A DNA stretch of 32,000 nt, from assembly GCF_000010065.1 (NCBI RefSeq), contig NC_006576.1:1470001-1502000 (forward strand), read 5' to 3'. The notes beneath the pieces were generated by a model. The model was not told where the DNA came from. It did no database searches and worked only from the letters and a program-made list of their open reading frames with translations. The position numbers and the translations under genes were made by a program. This stretch comes from Synechococcus elongatus PCC 6301 (GTDB lineage: Bacteria; Cyanobacteriota; Cyanobacteriia; Synechococcales; Synechococcaceae). Below, one piece after another: positions 8,776-18,386 of this stretch (positions are counted from its first letter, which is position 1; each line of letters opens with the position of its first letter).

Positions 8776-10614
8776 CTAGAGCTTAGCGCCGCAGTCCGGA
8801 CAGAACTTGTGGCTGGGCAGGGTTTTCGCGCCGCAGCTCGAACAGGTCGCGATCGCCAAATCCAAATCCAGCGTCGGGTCCTTGGGCAAGCCCAGCATCT
8901 GCGCATTGCTGTGACCAGAGGGCACCATCGGATAACAGTTTTCATCCCTCTTGACGATCGCATCCAAGAACACCGGCCCATCAAAGGCCAACATTTCAGC
9001 GATCGCTGCTTGCAGCTCGTCTGGATGACTAACGCGCATCCCTTTGATACCAAAGGCTTCTGCCAGTTTCACAAAGTCGGGCATGCCCCGCTCCATGTTG
9101 GAGTTGGAATAGCGCTCGTCGTAGAACGCTTCTTGCCACTGGCGCACCATCCCCTGCCAGCCATTATTGACAACAACGACCTTGATCGGGATGTTGTACT
9201 GCGCTAGGGTCCCCAGCTCCTGAATATTCATCAGGATGCTGGCATCCCCAGCCACACAGATGACGGTGTCATCCGGCAGAGCCATTTGTGCTCCCATAGC
9301 GGCCGGCATACCAAAGCCCATCGTACCGAGACCTGCACTAGAGATCCAACGACGGGGACCATTCTTGATGAACTGAGCAGCCCACATTTGGTGCTGACCC
9401 ACATCCGTGGTGAAGTAAGCATCCGGTGCTGCTTCTCCCAAACTGTGAATCACTTGTTGGGGTGAGAGCACATCAGCGTAGTAGGGAATCTGCAGAGGAT
9501 ATTCCCGCTTCCAGTAGGCAATGCGATCGAGCCAAGGCTGAGTTCGAGTCGCATCATCGGCGCTGATTTGCTCTTCGGCACGCGCCAGAAGCTCATTCAG
9601 CACCTGGCGGACATCGCCCACGATTGGCACTTCCGGCACGCGGTTTTTACCGACTTCGGCCGGATCGATATCAACGTGAATAACTTGCGCTTTGGAGGCG
9701 AACTCATCCAGTTTGCCCGTGACACGATCGTCAAAGCGGGCACCCACCGCAATCAGCAGATCACATTCGCTGACGGCGAAGTTGGCATAGGCCGTGCCGT
9801 GCATCCCCAGCATGCCAAGCGCCAAGGGGTGCCGCTCATCAAAGGCCCCTTTGCCCATCAGAGTCGTTGTTACCGGCAGTTGGAAGCGCTCTGCAAAGGC
9901 CCGCAGCTCCGCATGGGCGCCGGCCGTAATTGCGCCGCCACCAACGTAGAGCAAGGGCCGACGGGCTACTCTCACAAGAGCGATCGCCTGAGCAATCTGA
10001 CGTGGGTTGCCCCGAGTTGTCGGACGATAGCCCGGCAGTCGAATATCCCCCGGAGCCACAGGCACATAATCAAATTCCTCAGTGCCGACATCCTTGGGCA
10101 CATCGATCAAGACAGGGCCAGGACGACCCGATTGGGCAATGTGGAAGGCTTCCGCCACAATCCGCGCCATGTCCCGTGGATCGCGCACCACGTAGGAGTG
10201 TTTGACGATTGGTAGCGTGATGCCGTAGATGTCTGTCTCTTGGAAAGCGTCGGTTCCGATCGCCGTGCGAGGCACCTGCCCCGTCACCACCACCATCGGG
10301 ATCGAGTCCATCTGGGCCGTAGCAATCCCGGTTACGAGATTGGTTGCACCAGGACCAGAAGTCGCAAAGCAAACCCCGACTTCACCCGTGGCTCGCGAGT
10401 AGGCATCTGCCGCATGGACTGCACCCTGCTCGTGGCGTACCAAAATATGTTGAACACGGCCAGCCGCCTCAGCCCGATGCAGCTCGTCGTAGATGGGCAG
10501 GATTGCCCCACCTGGATAGCCAAAGATGTGCTTAACTCCGTGCTGACAGAGACTATCAATCAGCGCATAAGCACCGGTCGCACGCTGTTGAATGGTGACC
10601 GTCTGCAGTTGCAC
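8776..10614 (-). CDS. ilvB: Acetolactate synthase (AHAS) large/catalytic subunit with a C-terminal 4-Cys zinc-ribbon tail
   Basis: 612 aa with a GTG start. TPP-binding region [16 protein letters not shown]...[12 protein letters not shown] and N-terminal [12 protein letters not shown]. The last 22 aa are [22 protein letters not shown]. Confidence 0.95.
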   Translation of the reverse strand: MQLQTVTIQQRATGAYALIDSLCQHGVKHIFGYPGGAILPIYDELHRAEAAGRVQHILVRHEQGAVHAADAYSRATGEVGVCFATSGPGATNLVTGIATAQMDSIPMVVVTGQVPRTAIGTDAFQETDIYGITLPIVKHSYVVRDPRDMARIVAEAFHIAQSGRPGPVLIDVPKDVGTEEFDYVPVAPGDIRLPGYRPTTRGNPRQIAQAIALVRVARRPLLYVGGGAITAGAHAELRAFAERFQLPVTTTLMGKGAFDERHPLALGMLGMHGTAYANFAVSECDLLIAVGARFDDRVTGKLDEFASKAQVIHVDIDPAEVGKNRVPEVPIVGDVRQVLNELLARAEEQISADDATRTQPWLDRIAYWKREYPLQIPYYADVLSPQQVIHSLGEAAPDAYFTTDVGQHQMWAAQFIKNGPRRWISSAGLGTMGFGMPAAMGAQMALPDDTVICVAGDASILMNIQELGTLAQYNIPIKVVVVNNGWQGMVRQWQEAFYDERYSNSNMERGMPDFVKLAEAFGIKGMRVSHPDELQAAIAEMLAFDGPVFLDAIVKRDENCYPMVPSGHSNAQMLGLPKDPTLDLDLAIATCSSCGAKTLPSHKFCPDCGAKL

Positions 10615-10863
10615 AGCGAACCTCTCCCGATTGGCGGATCTAATGGACTGGTCGGTGGGAGTAGCCCAGAGCGCTTGGGTCTGTTGTCTGCAGAGCGTGA
10701 CTTTCTAAAAACTGAAAGCGGCGATCGCGACGAGGAACGACCTGTAGTCTAGGCTGCAATTCTAGACCTTTATTTTGCCATCAAAATCCGAGGCTGCCAT
10801 TCTCAATTTTGTGATAGAGGCAACAGGCTATTAAAAGTTTGCAATTACTCAGCAACTCGGCTC

Positions 10864-11466
10864 TTAACGCTGAGAAATCCGTTGAGCAGAGTACATCGCC
10901 TGCAGAATGGCACCCGGATCAATCCACTGCTCGTTGTAGCGCATGCCCCAGTGCAAATGCGGCCCAGTGGTACGGCCAGTCATCCCAATCCGACCTATCC
11001 GCTGTCCAGTCTGGATCGTGTAACCCTCAGGAATCACCAAACCACCAGCACGATCGACCATGGCTCGCTGACCATTGATTTGCTCGACGCGCCCCATCAT
11101 GTGGCAATAGATGTGGATGTAGCTGCCGGAAGCGATCACGACCGAGGTACCGCAGGCGCTGTCATCGGAAACCTCAATGACACGCCCCCCCCACCAGTTG
11201 CGGATGTAGCTTCCTTCGGGAGCCGCAATATCGAGTCCCAAGTGCGGCCGCGTACCGCCATTACCGTTGGGTCGAGGCTCCCCAAACCGGCCGGTGTAGG
11301 CTTGAAAGTTCTCAACGGGGAAGGAAGCGCTCTGCCACAGACTGGCGTAGGCAAAATCAACCGACTGAGCTTCGACGATTTGGCGCGATAGCCCCAGGGC
11401 CAAGCCAACGCCGATCGCTAGGACTTTCCAATGGCCCAGCTTCAATCGCCGCAGCGATCGCTTCAT
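10864..11466 (-). CDS. M23 (LytM-type) metallopeptidase, secreted
   Basis: 200 aa with an N-terminal signal/anchor. Zinc ligand motifs HLGLDIAAP (HxxxD) and GPHLHWGM (HxH). A GAGGAG SD lies 7 nt upstream of the ATG. Confidence 0.85.
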   Translation of the reverse strand: MKRSLRRLKLGHWKVLAIGVGLALGLSRQIVEAQSVDFAYASLWQSASFPVENFQAYTGRFGEPRPNGNGGTRPHLGLDIAAPEGSYIRNWWGGRVIEVSDDSACGTSVVIASGSYIHIYCHMMGRVEQINGQRAMVDRAGGLVIPEGYTIQTGQRIGRIGMTGRTTGPHLHWGMRYNEQWIDPGAILQAMYSAQRISQR

Positions 11467-11501
11467 GGTCTGCTCTCCTCAGCACTCACACCTGCGGCCG
11501 C

Positions 11502-11559
11502 CAGAAAACAGCCGCTAACACCTTCGTCAGGCTTCAAACCTTCCTCAGGTTAGCGGCTG
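11502..11559 (-). terminator. Probable terminator of hemH
   Basis: Perfect 11-bp inverted repeat CAGCCGCTAAC (11509-11519) / GTTAGCGGCTG (11549-11559). On the minus strand it is followed by TTTTCT. The 29-nt loop contains an inner AACCT/AGGTT hairpin; this long loop lowers confidence. Confidence 0.45.
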
Positions 11560-11603
11560 GTGGTGGAACTGGCTAGCAATCACGCGGGATGGGTACGACG
11601 CCG

Positions 11604-12767
11604 CTAGAGCAACCCCAAGGCATGCAGCGGCCCGCGGCCCGTCAGGAGCTCCACAAGCAAAGCGAGGAAGCCAAGCATGGCAATCCGACCATTCCAGACC
11701 TCGGCATTGAGGGTAATCCCCCACTCCCACCGTTCTTGGGGGTAGAGCTTTACTTTTTTGGGCAGCAAGGTGACATCTTCAAGGCGGAAGCGCGGCTGCT
11801 CTAAGGTTTGCTCCACTAGATCGCTCAGATCTTGAATGAACAAGGGATGGGTATTGAGGGCCGGCACCCGCAGGAAGCGTTCAATGCCCGCTTCTTCAGC
11901 GATTTCTCGGTACTCGATGTCAATCTCTTCGAGGGTTTCGATGTGCTCCGACACGAAGCTGATCGGCACCACAACCAGATCCTTGACCCCTCTCTCTGCA
12001 AGCTCTTCGAGCGCGTCCTCGGTGTAGGGCTGCAGCCACTCGACGGGACCGACTCGACTTTGATAGGCCAAGGTCCAAGGGTTCGAACGCCCCAAGGTTT
12101 CCATGATCTTGCGGGTGCAATCTTCGATTTCCCGCTGGTAGGGATCGCCAGCTTCCTCGACGTAGCTGACTGGCACCCCGTGGGCACTGAAGAAGACGTG
12201 GCCCTGTTCCGGTTGCTCGAGTTTGTCGAGTTCCTGGGCAATCAGCTCGGCCATGGCCTGCAGATAGCCCGATCGCTCATACCAAGAGGGTACGACTGAG
12301 CAGTCAATCTTTTGGAATTCGGGATCTCGATCGCGCAGCCGCTGTAGCAGGCGGAAGCTGGAGCCGCTGGTACTGATCGAGAACTGCGGATAAAGCGGCA
12401 GGATCACCAAGCGGTCAATGCCGTCGGCCTTAATCTGGGCGATCGCCTCTTCAGTGAAGGGATGCCAGTAGCGCATACCGATGTAGACCTGAGCGGCTTG
12501 ACCGCGATCGCTCAGGGATTGACGCAGGGCTGTGGCCTGCTCTTCGGTAATGCGGCGCAGAGGTGACCCCCCGCCAATTTGCTTGTAATTCTCTTGCGAT
12601 TTGCGGGTTCGCAAACTCGAGATTAGCCAAGCCAGCGGCTTTTGCAGCCAAGGAAATGGCAGGCGAATGATCTCGGGATCGGCAAAGAGGTTGTACAGAA
12701 AGGGGCCAACATCCTCTAGGCGTTCGGGACCGCCGAGGTTGAGTAGCAAGACGCCGACGCGCCCCAT
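11604..12767 (-). CDS. hemH: Ferrochelatase with C-terminal CAB/Hlip-type chlorophyll-binding helix
   Basis: 387 aa from the ATG at 12767 ([15 protein letters not shown]...). It has the GGGSPL motif and a C-terminal [22 protein letters not shown] (CAB motif), as known for cyanobacterial HemH. The 48-codon upstream extension in the track (to 12911) looks non-coding. Confidence 0.95.
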   Translation of the reverse strand: MGRVGVLLLNLGGPERLEDVGPFLYNLFADPEIIRLPFPWLQKPLAWLISSLRTRKSQENYKQIGGGSPLRRITEEQATALRQSLSDRGQAAQVYIGMRYWHPFTEEAIAQIKADGIDRLVILPLYPQFSISTSGSSFRLLQRLRDRDPEFQKIDCSVVPSWYERSGYLQAMAELIAQELDKLEQPEQGHVFFSAHGVPVSYVEEAGDPYQREIEDCTRKIMETLGRSNPWTLAYQSRVGPVEWLQPYTEDALEELAERGVKDLVVVPISFVSEHIETLEEIDIEYREIAEEAGIERFLRVPALNTHPLFIQDLSDLVEQTLEQPRFRLEDVTLLPKKVKLYPQERWEWGITLNAEVWNGRIAMLGFLALLVELLTGRGPLHALGLL

Positions 12768-12868
12768 AGTGCTTTCCTGCCGTCGCTGCAATGCCCCTGA
12801 TCCTAACAGGCTCTTTCGCTTTGCTCGAAACTGCCTGCTAGAGTGCGGCAAGACTTCTGCTACGCCGC

Positions 12869-14176
12869 ATGCCGCGTTCCCGTCGTTCTGCCTTTGAGAT
12901 TGCGACTGCAATCGCCCAAGCCAACGAGCGATTTCGCTTAGCGGGGCTGCGGTTGCGCATTGAACAGCGGGGCGATTGTTTGGGACTGCGCGGTCAGTTT
13001 CCCCCCAAACCGGGCAGCGATCGCGATCGCCCCCATCAACAGCGGCTCAGTCTGGGATTGCCGCCCACAGCAGCCGGTTTGCGCGAAGCAGAACGACAGC
13101 TCAAGATTGTGGCGGGGCTGCTGCTGCAGGATCGTTTTGACTGGACGCCCTATCTAGTCTGGTCGCGGGAACCTCGCCTCAAGTCCGAGGACTTAGCAGC
13201 AGCGATCTGGCAGTTTGAGCAGCAGTTTTTTCAAGACCCCCAGCGATCGCAACGCCCTGCCTCAACTGAAACCACTTGGCGATCGGCCTATCAGCCCTAC
13301 CTCCGGCGTCTGCAGGCGATCGCCCAGCAACAGCCCCGCGAGGCTCTCAGCGATCAACTCCTCGCAACTTTGGCGAGCTACCCTGCCAACAGCCGCAGTG
13401 CGCAGCTCTGCATAACGGCACTGAAAGCCTTTGCGGCTTGGCTGGATCTCGATTTGCCAGAACTCCCGCGATCGCGCCTCAGCTACGGTGCGCAAACCCT
13501 GCAACCTCGCCAGCTCCCTAGTGATGCAGAGATTCTGCAAGCCTTCGATCGCATTCCCAACCCCGCTTGGCGCTTTGTCTTCGGGGTAATGGCGACCTAC
13601 GGCTTACGCAACCATGAGGTTTTCTTTGCGGATTACTCTGCCCTGACTCAAGGCGATCCCGAAGCCGTCCTCCGAGTGCTGAGCACGACTAAAACGGGCG
13701 AGCATGATGTTTGGCCATTTTTGCCGGATTGGGTGGAGCAGTTTGACCTGCGTCGAATTCAACTACCTGCGATCGCAACGGATCTCAACCAGACGACCCT
13801 GCAACGGATTGGCCAGCGCGTCACTCAGCAATTCCGCCGCTATAACTTGCCCTTTTCACCCTACGACCTGCGCCATGCTTGGGCAGTTCGCACTATTCAC
13901 CTGGGGCTACCAGACGCAGTGGCCGCCAAAATGATGGGGCACTCGATCGCAATTCATACCCGCACCTATCAGCGCTGGATTGGTCGCCGCGACCAGCAAC
14001 GTGCCGTGGCTGATACCTTGGCTCGTTGGCGCGATCGCGATGCCAAATCTGGGATATCGCTCCAAGGCGTCGGCGGGCAGTCAGCCACTCCCAGCAAGCG
14101 TGGTAAGAAGCAGCCCAAGGGTTCACCCGAAGCATCACCGCAACCAGCCAACCAACAGCTTGGCTTCTTCGCCTAG
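12869..14176 (+). CDS. Tyrosine recombinase / phage-type integrase with an arm-binding-like N-terminus
   Basis: 435 aa. The catalytic set is intact: R in ATYGLRNHE, HxxR in [10 protein letters not shown] in GHSIAIH, and the Tyr nucleophile in HTRTYQRW. The N-terminal [18 protein letters not shown]...[33 protein letters not shown] resembles the arm-type DNA-binding domain of integrases. Composition is native and HIP1 sites lie inside the gene. Confidence 0.8.
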   Translation: MPRSRRSAFEIATAIAQANERFRLAGLRLRIEQRGDCLGLRGQFPPKPGSDRDRPHQQRLSLGLPPTAAGLREAERQLKIVAGLLLQDRFDWTPYLVWSREPRLKSEDLAAAIWQFEQQFFQDPQRSQRPASTETTWRSAYQPYLRRLQAIAQQQPREALSDQLLATLASYPANSRSAQLCITALKAFAAWLDLDLPELPRSRLSYGAQTLQPRQLPSDAEILQAFDRIPNPAWRFVFGVMATYGLRNHEVFFADYSALTQGDPEAVLRVLSTTKTGEHDVWPFLPDWVEQFDLRRIQLPAIATDLNQTTLQRIGQRVTQQFRRYNLPFSPYDLRHAWAVRTIHLGLPDAVAAKMMGHSIAIHTRTYQRWIGRRDQQRAVADTLARWRDRDAKSGISLQGVGGQSATPSKRGKKQPKGSPEASPQPANQQLGFFA

Positions 14177-14230
14177 CAGGAATCTCTGCTTCTGAGAGCA
14201 AAGACAATATCCAAGCCTGAAGAGAACCGA

Positions 14231-14866
14231 ATGACCAGCATTCTTCGTCCGCTCAGCTACCGCTACGCTTGGCTCTACGACACCGTGACCGCAATCTCGT
14301 CGGTGCCGGTGGGAGGGCCTCAACGACTCCGTCAAATCTTGATTGAGCCTCTGACGCTACCGCGATCGGCGCAGGTCCTCGACCTTTGCTGTGGGGGTGG
14401 GGTGACCACGGCAGCGCTCTGTCAGCGTTTTGATAACGTGGTTGGGCTGGATGCAGCGGCAACCGCGATCGCACGCGCCCAAGCCCTGACACCGCAGGCG
14501 AGTTACGTAGTGGCTCAGGCAGAGGCGATGCCCTTTGCAGCCAATCGTTTTGACCTGATTCAGATCAGTGTGGCGCTGCATGAGATGACGCCCGAGCAGC
14601 GGCAGCAAATTTTGCAGGAAGCATGGCGGGTCCTCAAGCCAGCCGGAACCCTAGCAATTCTCGATTTGCACCGCCCTCACAACCCGCTGTTTTGGCCGGC
14701 GATCGTCCTCTTCATTGAGCTGTTTGAAACCGAGACAGCTTGGCAACTCGTCCAGTCGGACTTGATCGCGCAACTCCAGGCGATCGGCTTTGGGCCAATC
14801 GAAGAAAAACTCTACAGCGGCGGCAGCCTTCAGGCGCTTTGGGCCCGTAAACCCGGCGATCGCTGA
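14231..14866 (+). CDS. Class I SAM-dependent methyltransferase (type 11 / UbiE-like)
   Basis: 211 aa. SAM motif I is VLDLCCGGG and the post-I acidic residue is in VVGLDAA. The motif LKPAGTLAILD is also present. Confidence 0.8.
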   Translation: MTSILRPLSYRYAWLYDTVTAISSVPVGGPQRLRQILIEPLTLPRSAQVLDLCCGGGVTTAALCQRFDNVVGLDAAATAIARAQALTPQASYVVAQAEAMPFAANRFDLIQISVALHEMTPEQRQQILQEAWRVLKPAGTLAILDLHRPHNPLFWPAIVLFIELFETETAWQLVQSDLIAQLQAIGFGPIEEKLYSGGSLQALWARKPGDR

Positions 14867-16137
14867 GTCGCAAAGGTAGTCGTTGCCGCTTGCAGAGCCG
14901 CCAGCACAATCCAACTGAGCAGGTTGTTGCGGACATCAAAGACCGTGACATCCGCCGTGTTGAAAATGGCGCACCCAAGGCAGGCCAGCAGCAGCGTGAG
15001 CAGCAGGCGTTGATCCTGGCGATCGCTCGGAGCTTGGACAGACCAGCGCAGAAAAATCCATAGTGCGCGACCCAGGATGCTGCCCAGAATGCCGAGGAAG
15101 AGAAGGGTAGCCGGCAGACCAAATTCTGCGCTAAACATCAGGACCAAGTTGTGGGGATGCCCCAGCCAGACTTGAGTCGCCGTTTCATACTGCTGAGTAA
15201 AACTATGGGAGCCCCAGCCCAGCCAAGGGCGAGCCTCAGTCATTTGCCAAGCAAACTGCCACTGGTGCAAGCGAGACTCCGCTGGCGATCGCGGAATATC
15301 GGCAAACTTATCACCACTGAAGCGCGCCCAGAAAAAGGCTGGAATCCATTGGCGAAGGCGAACGCGTCCAGTCGGCCCAAAGGCTGCCCAGAGAATAGCG
15401 ATCGCGTAGCCGATGCCGCCCCAAACCAGCCATTTCAGACCTTCATAGAGAGCCAGAACTAAGGCGATCGCCCCAGCCACAATCCAGGCGTTTCGCGAAT
15501 CAGTCAGTAGCAGACATCCCCCCAGCAGACTGAGAAGGAGAGATAGGCCTAGCCAGCGCCGCCAGCGGCGTTGCGACAAACTTTCGCCCCAAAAACCAAG
15601 GGCTGCAGTCCAAGGCATGAGCAAATAGGCCGCCAGCCAGTTGGGATAGCCAAAGAAGGCATCCATCCGCCCTGAAGCGCGTCCCCCTGCATCGACAACC
15701 CAGTGAATGATGCCGAGCTTGAGACTAAAGCCCAAATTGGCATAGAGCTGCAGATAGCCAATGCAGCAGACTGGAATCGATCCGATCGCGAGAATCCACA
15801 ACAGCGATCGCAAAACCGACGGCTTGAGCAAGAGAGCCGGAGCCACCGCCAACAGCCAAAAGAAGGGTAGGAAGTTGGCGAGTCCTAGCCAGCGTAGGGA
15901 ACCGGAAGTCCCCACTAGGGCACTGAGCAGCAGCAGTCCACTTAACGCTAACAGCGCTTGATTGAGGGGCGACTTTAAGAGCTGCGATCGCTGCTGCCAA
16001 CTACTCCAACCCAAGGCAGGCACAACGGCTAGGCCCGCCAAGATGGGGCTATACGGCGCGAGGGTAACACCCGCTAAGATGCCTGTCGTTGCCAGAGCTT
16101 CTGCCGATGCCTGGCGCAGGATCGACCCTATACGCAA
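14830..16137 (-). CDS. O-antigen ligase/polymerase (Wzy_C) family membrane protein, IctB-like paralog
   Basis: 435 aa with more than 10 TM helices. GYPNWLAAYLL, LLLTDSRNAW and EARPWLGWGSHSF parallel the corresponding IctB/O-antigen-ligase blocks. It has no early ATG (TTG at 16137), so the start is uncertain. Confidence 0.7.
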   Translation of the reverse strand: MRIGSILRQASAEALATTGILAGVTLAPYSPILAGLAVVPALGWSSWQQRSQLLKSPLNQALLALSGLLLLSALVGTSGSLRWLGLANFLPFFWLLAVAPALLLKPSVLRSLLWILAIGSIPVCCIGYLQLYANLGFSLKLGIIHWVVDAGGRASGRMDAFFGYPNWLAAYLLMPWTAALGFWGESLSQRRWRRWLGLSLLLSLLGGCLLLTDSRNAWIVAGAIALVLALYEGLKWLVWGGIGYAIAILWAAFGPTGRVRLRQWIPAFFWARFSGDKFADIPRSPAESRLHQWQFAWQMTEARPWLGWGSHSFTQQYETATQVWLGHPHNLVLMFSAEFGLPATLLFLGILGSILGRALWIFLRWSVQAPSDRQDQRLLLTLLLACLGCAIFNTADVTVFDVRNNLLSWIVLAALQAATTTFATQRSPGLRAQSA

Positions 16138-16952
16138 GCGAGTACCTCACTCCGAATCAAGCGAATTTGGGCCAGGGTAAAGACCACCGGGATGACTCGT
16201 CCATAGTTGGTAGCGATCGCCCGCCAACCGAGATCCGCGAGGAACCAGCCCCAGAGAGCCGGTCCTAAAATCGCGAGGGTTGAACGCATAGCCCCATAGC
16301 GCATCGTATGGCCCAGCACTGCCCGTCTTGCACCCTGGAGTGCCAGTTGTCCGGGCCAATGTAAACCCAAGGCGCCGAGTTGTTGGCAGGTGGTTCGCGC
16401 TAGTTGATAGCGGGCGATTTCGAGGGCGAGTTGGCGACTCAATTGTTGGAGTAGCCAGGGCCGCAGCACACTATTGATGGCGATCGCACTACTGCCTTCC
16501 AGCCAGAGTCGTACCGTCTCATGATTAAGAAGCTCTGGCCAGCGGGTTGCGGCGGGTGATTGAGCTAAGGCCCGCTGGAGGCGATCGCAGAGGGCTTGTC
16601 CGCGTTCGGCAGGCAACTGACGCCGGAGCCGTTCTGCCAAGCGGAGAAAGATTTCAGACTCTAACTCTAAGCTGCTCCAAGCCTGCTGATAGGGCAACTT
16701 CTGGTGTTTGCAAATCTGGATCAGAACTTGGTGATAGCTCAGCTGCTGCCAGCCGCCCTTCAGCACAGTGATCCCATCCGCCGCCAGGAAGCGAAAGCGT
16801 TGTTCAATACTCTGGCGCCAAACGGCTGGTTCCTGAGCCGCCACCTCAAGCGGACGCGGCGTTCGCCAGTAATCCCAAGGGTTGAATTTCGGTTGAAAGA
16901 GGACCGCCGTAATTTCGTGCAGTTCTTCCTCGGTGGCCAAGCTGAGCGCCAT
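16128..16952 (-). CDS. Conserved hypothetical protein (possibly UPF0174/YaaW-like), overlapping the downstream ligase-like gene by 10 nt
   Basis: 274 aa from the ATG at 16952 (MALSLATEEELHEITAVLF...). The track ORF begins at a TTG at 17093, which would leave only 18 nt to the divergent gene. The family assignment is a weak recollection. Confidence 0.5.
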   Translation of the reverse strand: MALSLATEEELHEITAVLFQPKFNPWDYWRTPRPLEVAAQEPAVWRQSIEQRFRFLAADGITVLKGGWQQLSYHQVLIQICKHQKLPYQQAWSSLELESEIFLRLAERLRRQLPAERGQALCDRLQRALAQSPAATRWPELLNHETVRLWLEGSSAIAINSVLRPWLLQQLSRQLALEIARYQLARTTCQQLGALGLHWPGQLALQGARRAVLGHTMRYGAMRSTLAILGPALWGWFLADLGWRAIATNYGRVIPVVFTLAQIRLIRSEVLACV

Positions 16953-17111
16953 TTGCAGTTCCTGCACAGGGCTTGTCTCCGCAAGGGATGAGCTGCCCAA
17001 CCATCTTAGCGATCGGGGCCATCCGTTCCAAGGGGCAGGCCGGTTTCTGCCTAGGCTGGGCAAGGGCTTAGTCGATAATTCTGCCAGAGACAAGACTGCA
17101 AGGAGATCGCT

Positions 17112-18161
17112 GTGAGTGAGTCGCTGGAAACCCTAAACGCGATCGTGGTGGGGGCTGGCTGGGCTGGGCTCACCTGTGCGCGATCGCTACAGGCTGCAGG
17201 TTGGTCGGTGCAAGTCTTGGAAAAGTCGCGGGGCTGGGGCGGTCGGGCAGCACGACGACGATTGGAGTTGGGTGGGTTTGCAGAACATGGCTTGCCAGCG
17301 CTGGCTGAGGGGTGGTCGTCTGTCGACTCGCTGATTGCACTCGGCCGCGATCGCGGGTTGCTGGAACTCTGGCAGGCAGACCATTGGCACTATAGTCACG
17401 GTCAACTAGAGCCGCGATCGCTACCGACCCAGTGGATGGCTCCGGCTGGATTGAGCGGCTTGGCTCGCGCTTATGGCGAAGGCCTCAGCATTGAGATCCA
17501 GCGACAGGTCAACCAAGTGACTTGGCAGGGCGATCGCTGGTGCGTTCAGACTGAGCAGGGCGATCGTTACACGGCCCGTTACCTTGGCCTCTTTGTGCCA
17601 GCGCCTCAGGCAGAGGTGTTAGTTCCATCTGAATGGCAACCTCCGACTCTTGCCAGCGTAAGTTACGACCCTTGCATCACAGTGATTGCAACCTACGGCG
17701 ATCACATTTTGACGGGCCCCGCAGCGGCCACAACAGGCCGGGCGATCGCGGCTTCAGGACGGAACTGGCGCTGGCTAGGGCTCGACAGCAGTAAGCGGCA
17801 GCAGCCTTCTGAAAGTGTTTGTGTCCTGCACAGCAGCGCAGCCTGGGCTGAGGCTCATTTTGACGATGTTGACTTGGGCAAAGCCGGTCAAGCGCTTCTC
17901 CAAGAAGCGGCTACAGATTTGGCAATGCCACTCCTGTCGGCGCGATCGCTACAGGTGCATCGCTGGCGCTATGCCTTGCCCCAGACTTCTGTGGCTGACC
18001 TAGTGCTACGGCTGGGCGATCGTGGCGTTTGTGGCGGGGACTGGTGCTCTGGCGGTGAGCCCGCGACGATTCCTGAGCAATCGATCGGTGGTAGTACCTT
18101 CGTCGCCGGCGCGATCGCCTCAGGGCAAGCAGGGGCTCAGCATCTGCTTCAGGCTGACTGA
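17112..18161 (+). CDS. NAD(P)/FAD-dependent oxidoreductase (amine-oxidase/renalase-like)
   Basis: 349 aa. The GTG start is preceded by an AAGGAG SD 7 nt upstream. The N-terminal dinucleotide-binding motif is IVVGAGWAGLTCA...VLEKSRGWGGR. Confidence 0.75.
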   Translation: MSESLETLNAIVVGAGWAGLTCARSLQAAGWSVQVLEKSRGWGGRAARRRLELGGFAEHGLPALAEGWSSVDSLIALGRDRGLLELWQADHWHYSHGQLEPRSLPTQWMAPAGLSGLARAYGEGLSIEIQRQVNQVTWQGDRWCVQTEQGDRYTARYLGLFVPAPQAEVLVPSEWQPPTLASVSYDPCITVIATYGDHILTGPAAATTGRAIAASGRNWRWLGLDSSKRQQPSESVCVLHSSAAWAEAHFDDVDLGKAGQALLQEAATDLAMPLLSARSLQVHRWRYALPQTSVADLVLRLGDRGVCGGDWCSGGEPATIPEQSIGGSTFVAGAIASGQAGAQHLLQAD

Positions 18162-18386
18162 AGCCCGTAAGGACTGAAACAGAGACAGAAGGGCCGCAGC
18201 TGGCCTTGAGCCAAAGCTGCATATCAAAAGTTTTCAGCAGGGGATGATCTTGGCCAGCACTACTGCGGTTGCAGGCGCGATCGCCCTAGGTTTTGCTATT
18301 GACTCAGCCTAGAGAAAACCAATGGCAGACTGAGATCGTCTTCCGCTCACAATTGCTGAAGACCAGAGAAGCGCAAGGGTCTGTTT

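Noticed and set aside
9568-10215. Long ORFs antisense to or out of frame with clear genes (for example 9568-10215, 10882-11391, 11832-12299, 10240-10752, 25782-26204, 29833-30249, 14712-15122)
   Set aside because: They lie entirely inside well-supported genes (ilvB, M23, hemH, hisB, lpxB-like, ligase-like). They are Arg/Pro/Gly/Ala-rich, as expected for shadow frames in high-GC DNA. None has a recognisable motif.
10615-10863. 250-nt region upstream of ilvB examined for an attenuator, a riboswitch or an NtcA box
   Set aside because: I saw only a 6-bp palindrome (GTCTAG-N9-CTAGAC). There is no leader peptide rich in Ile/Leu/Val, no GTAN8TAC and no convincing -35/-10 spacing.
11485-11494. 10-mer CTCACACCTG shared between the M23 peptidase leader (11485-11494) and the DUF3084 leader (23752-23761), both just upstream of SD-like GAGGAG on the mRNA strand
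   Set aside because: With about 15 leaders of roughly 100 nt in the window, about one shared 10-mer between some pair is expected by chance. The M23 copy matches only 7 nt of the Yfr1 complement. I note it as a weak hint only.
12768-12911. 48-codon N-terminal extension of hemH in the ORF track ([17 protein letters not shown]...), which would overlap the integrase start
   Set aside because: Ferrochelatases start at the [14 protein letters not shown] motif (ATG at 12767). The extension has no family resemblance and would remove the divergent promoter region.
16953-17093. Upstream TTG start (17093) for the conserved hypothetical gene
   Set aside because: It would add 47 low-complexity residues and leave only 18 nt to the divergent oxidoreductase gene. 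The ATG at 16952 gives a plausible N-terminus and a 160-nt divergent promoter region. I keep it as an alternative.
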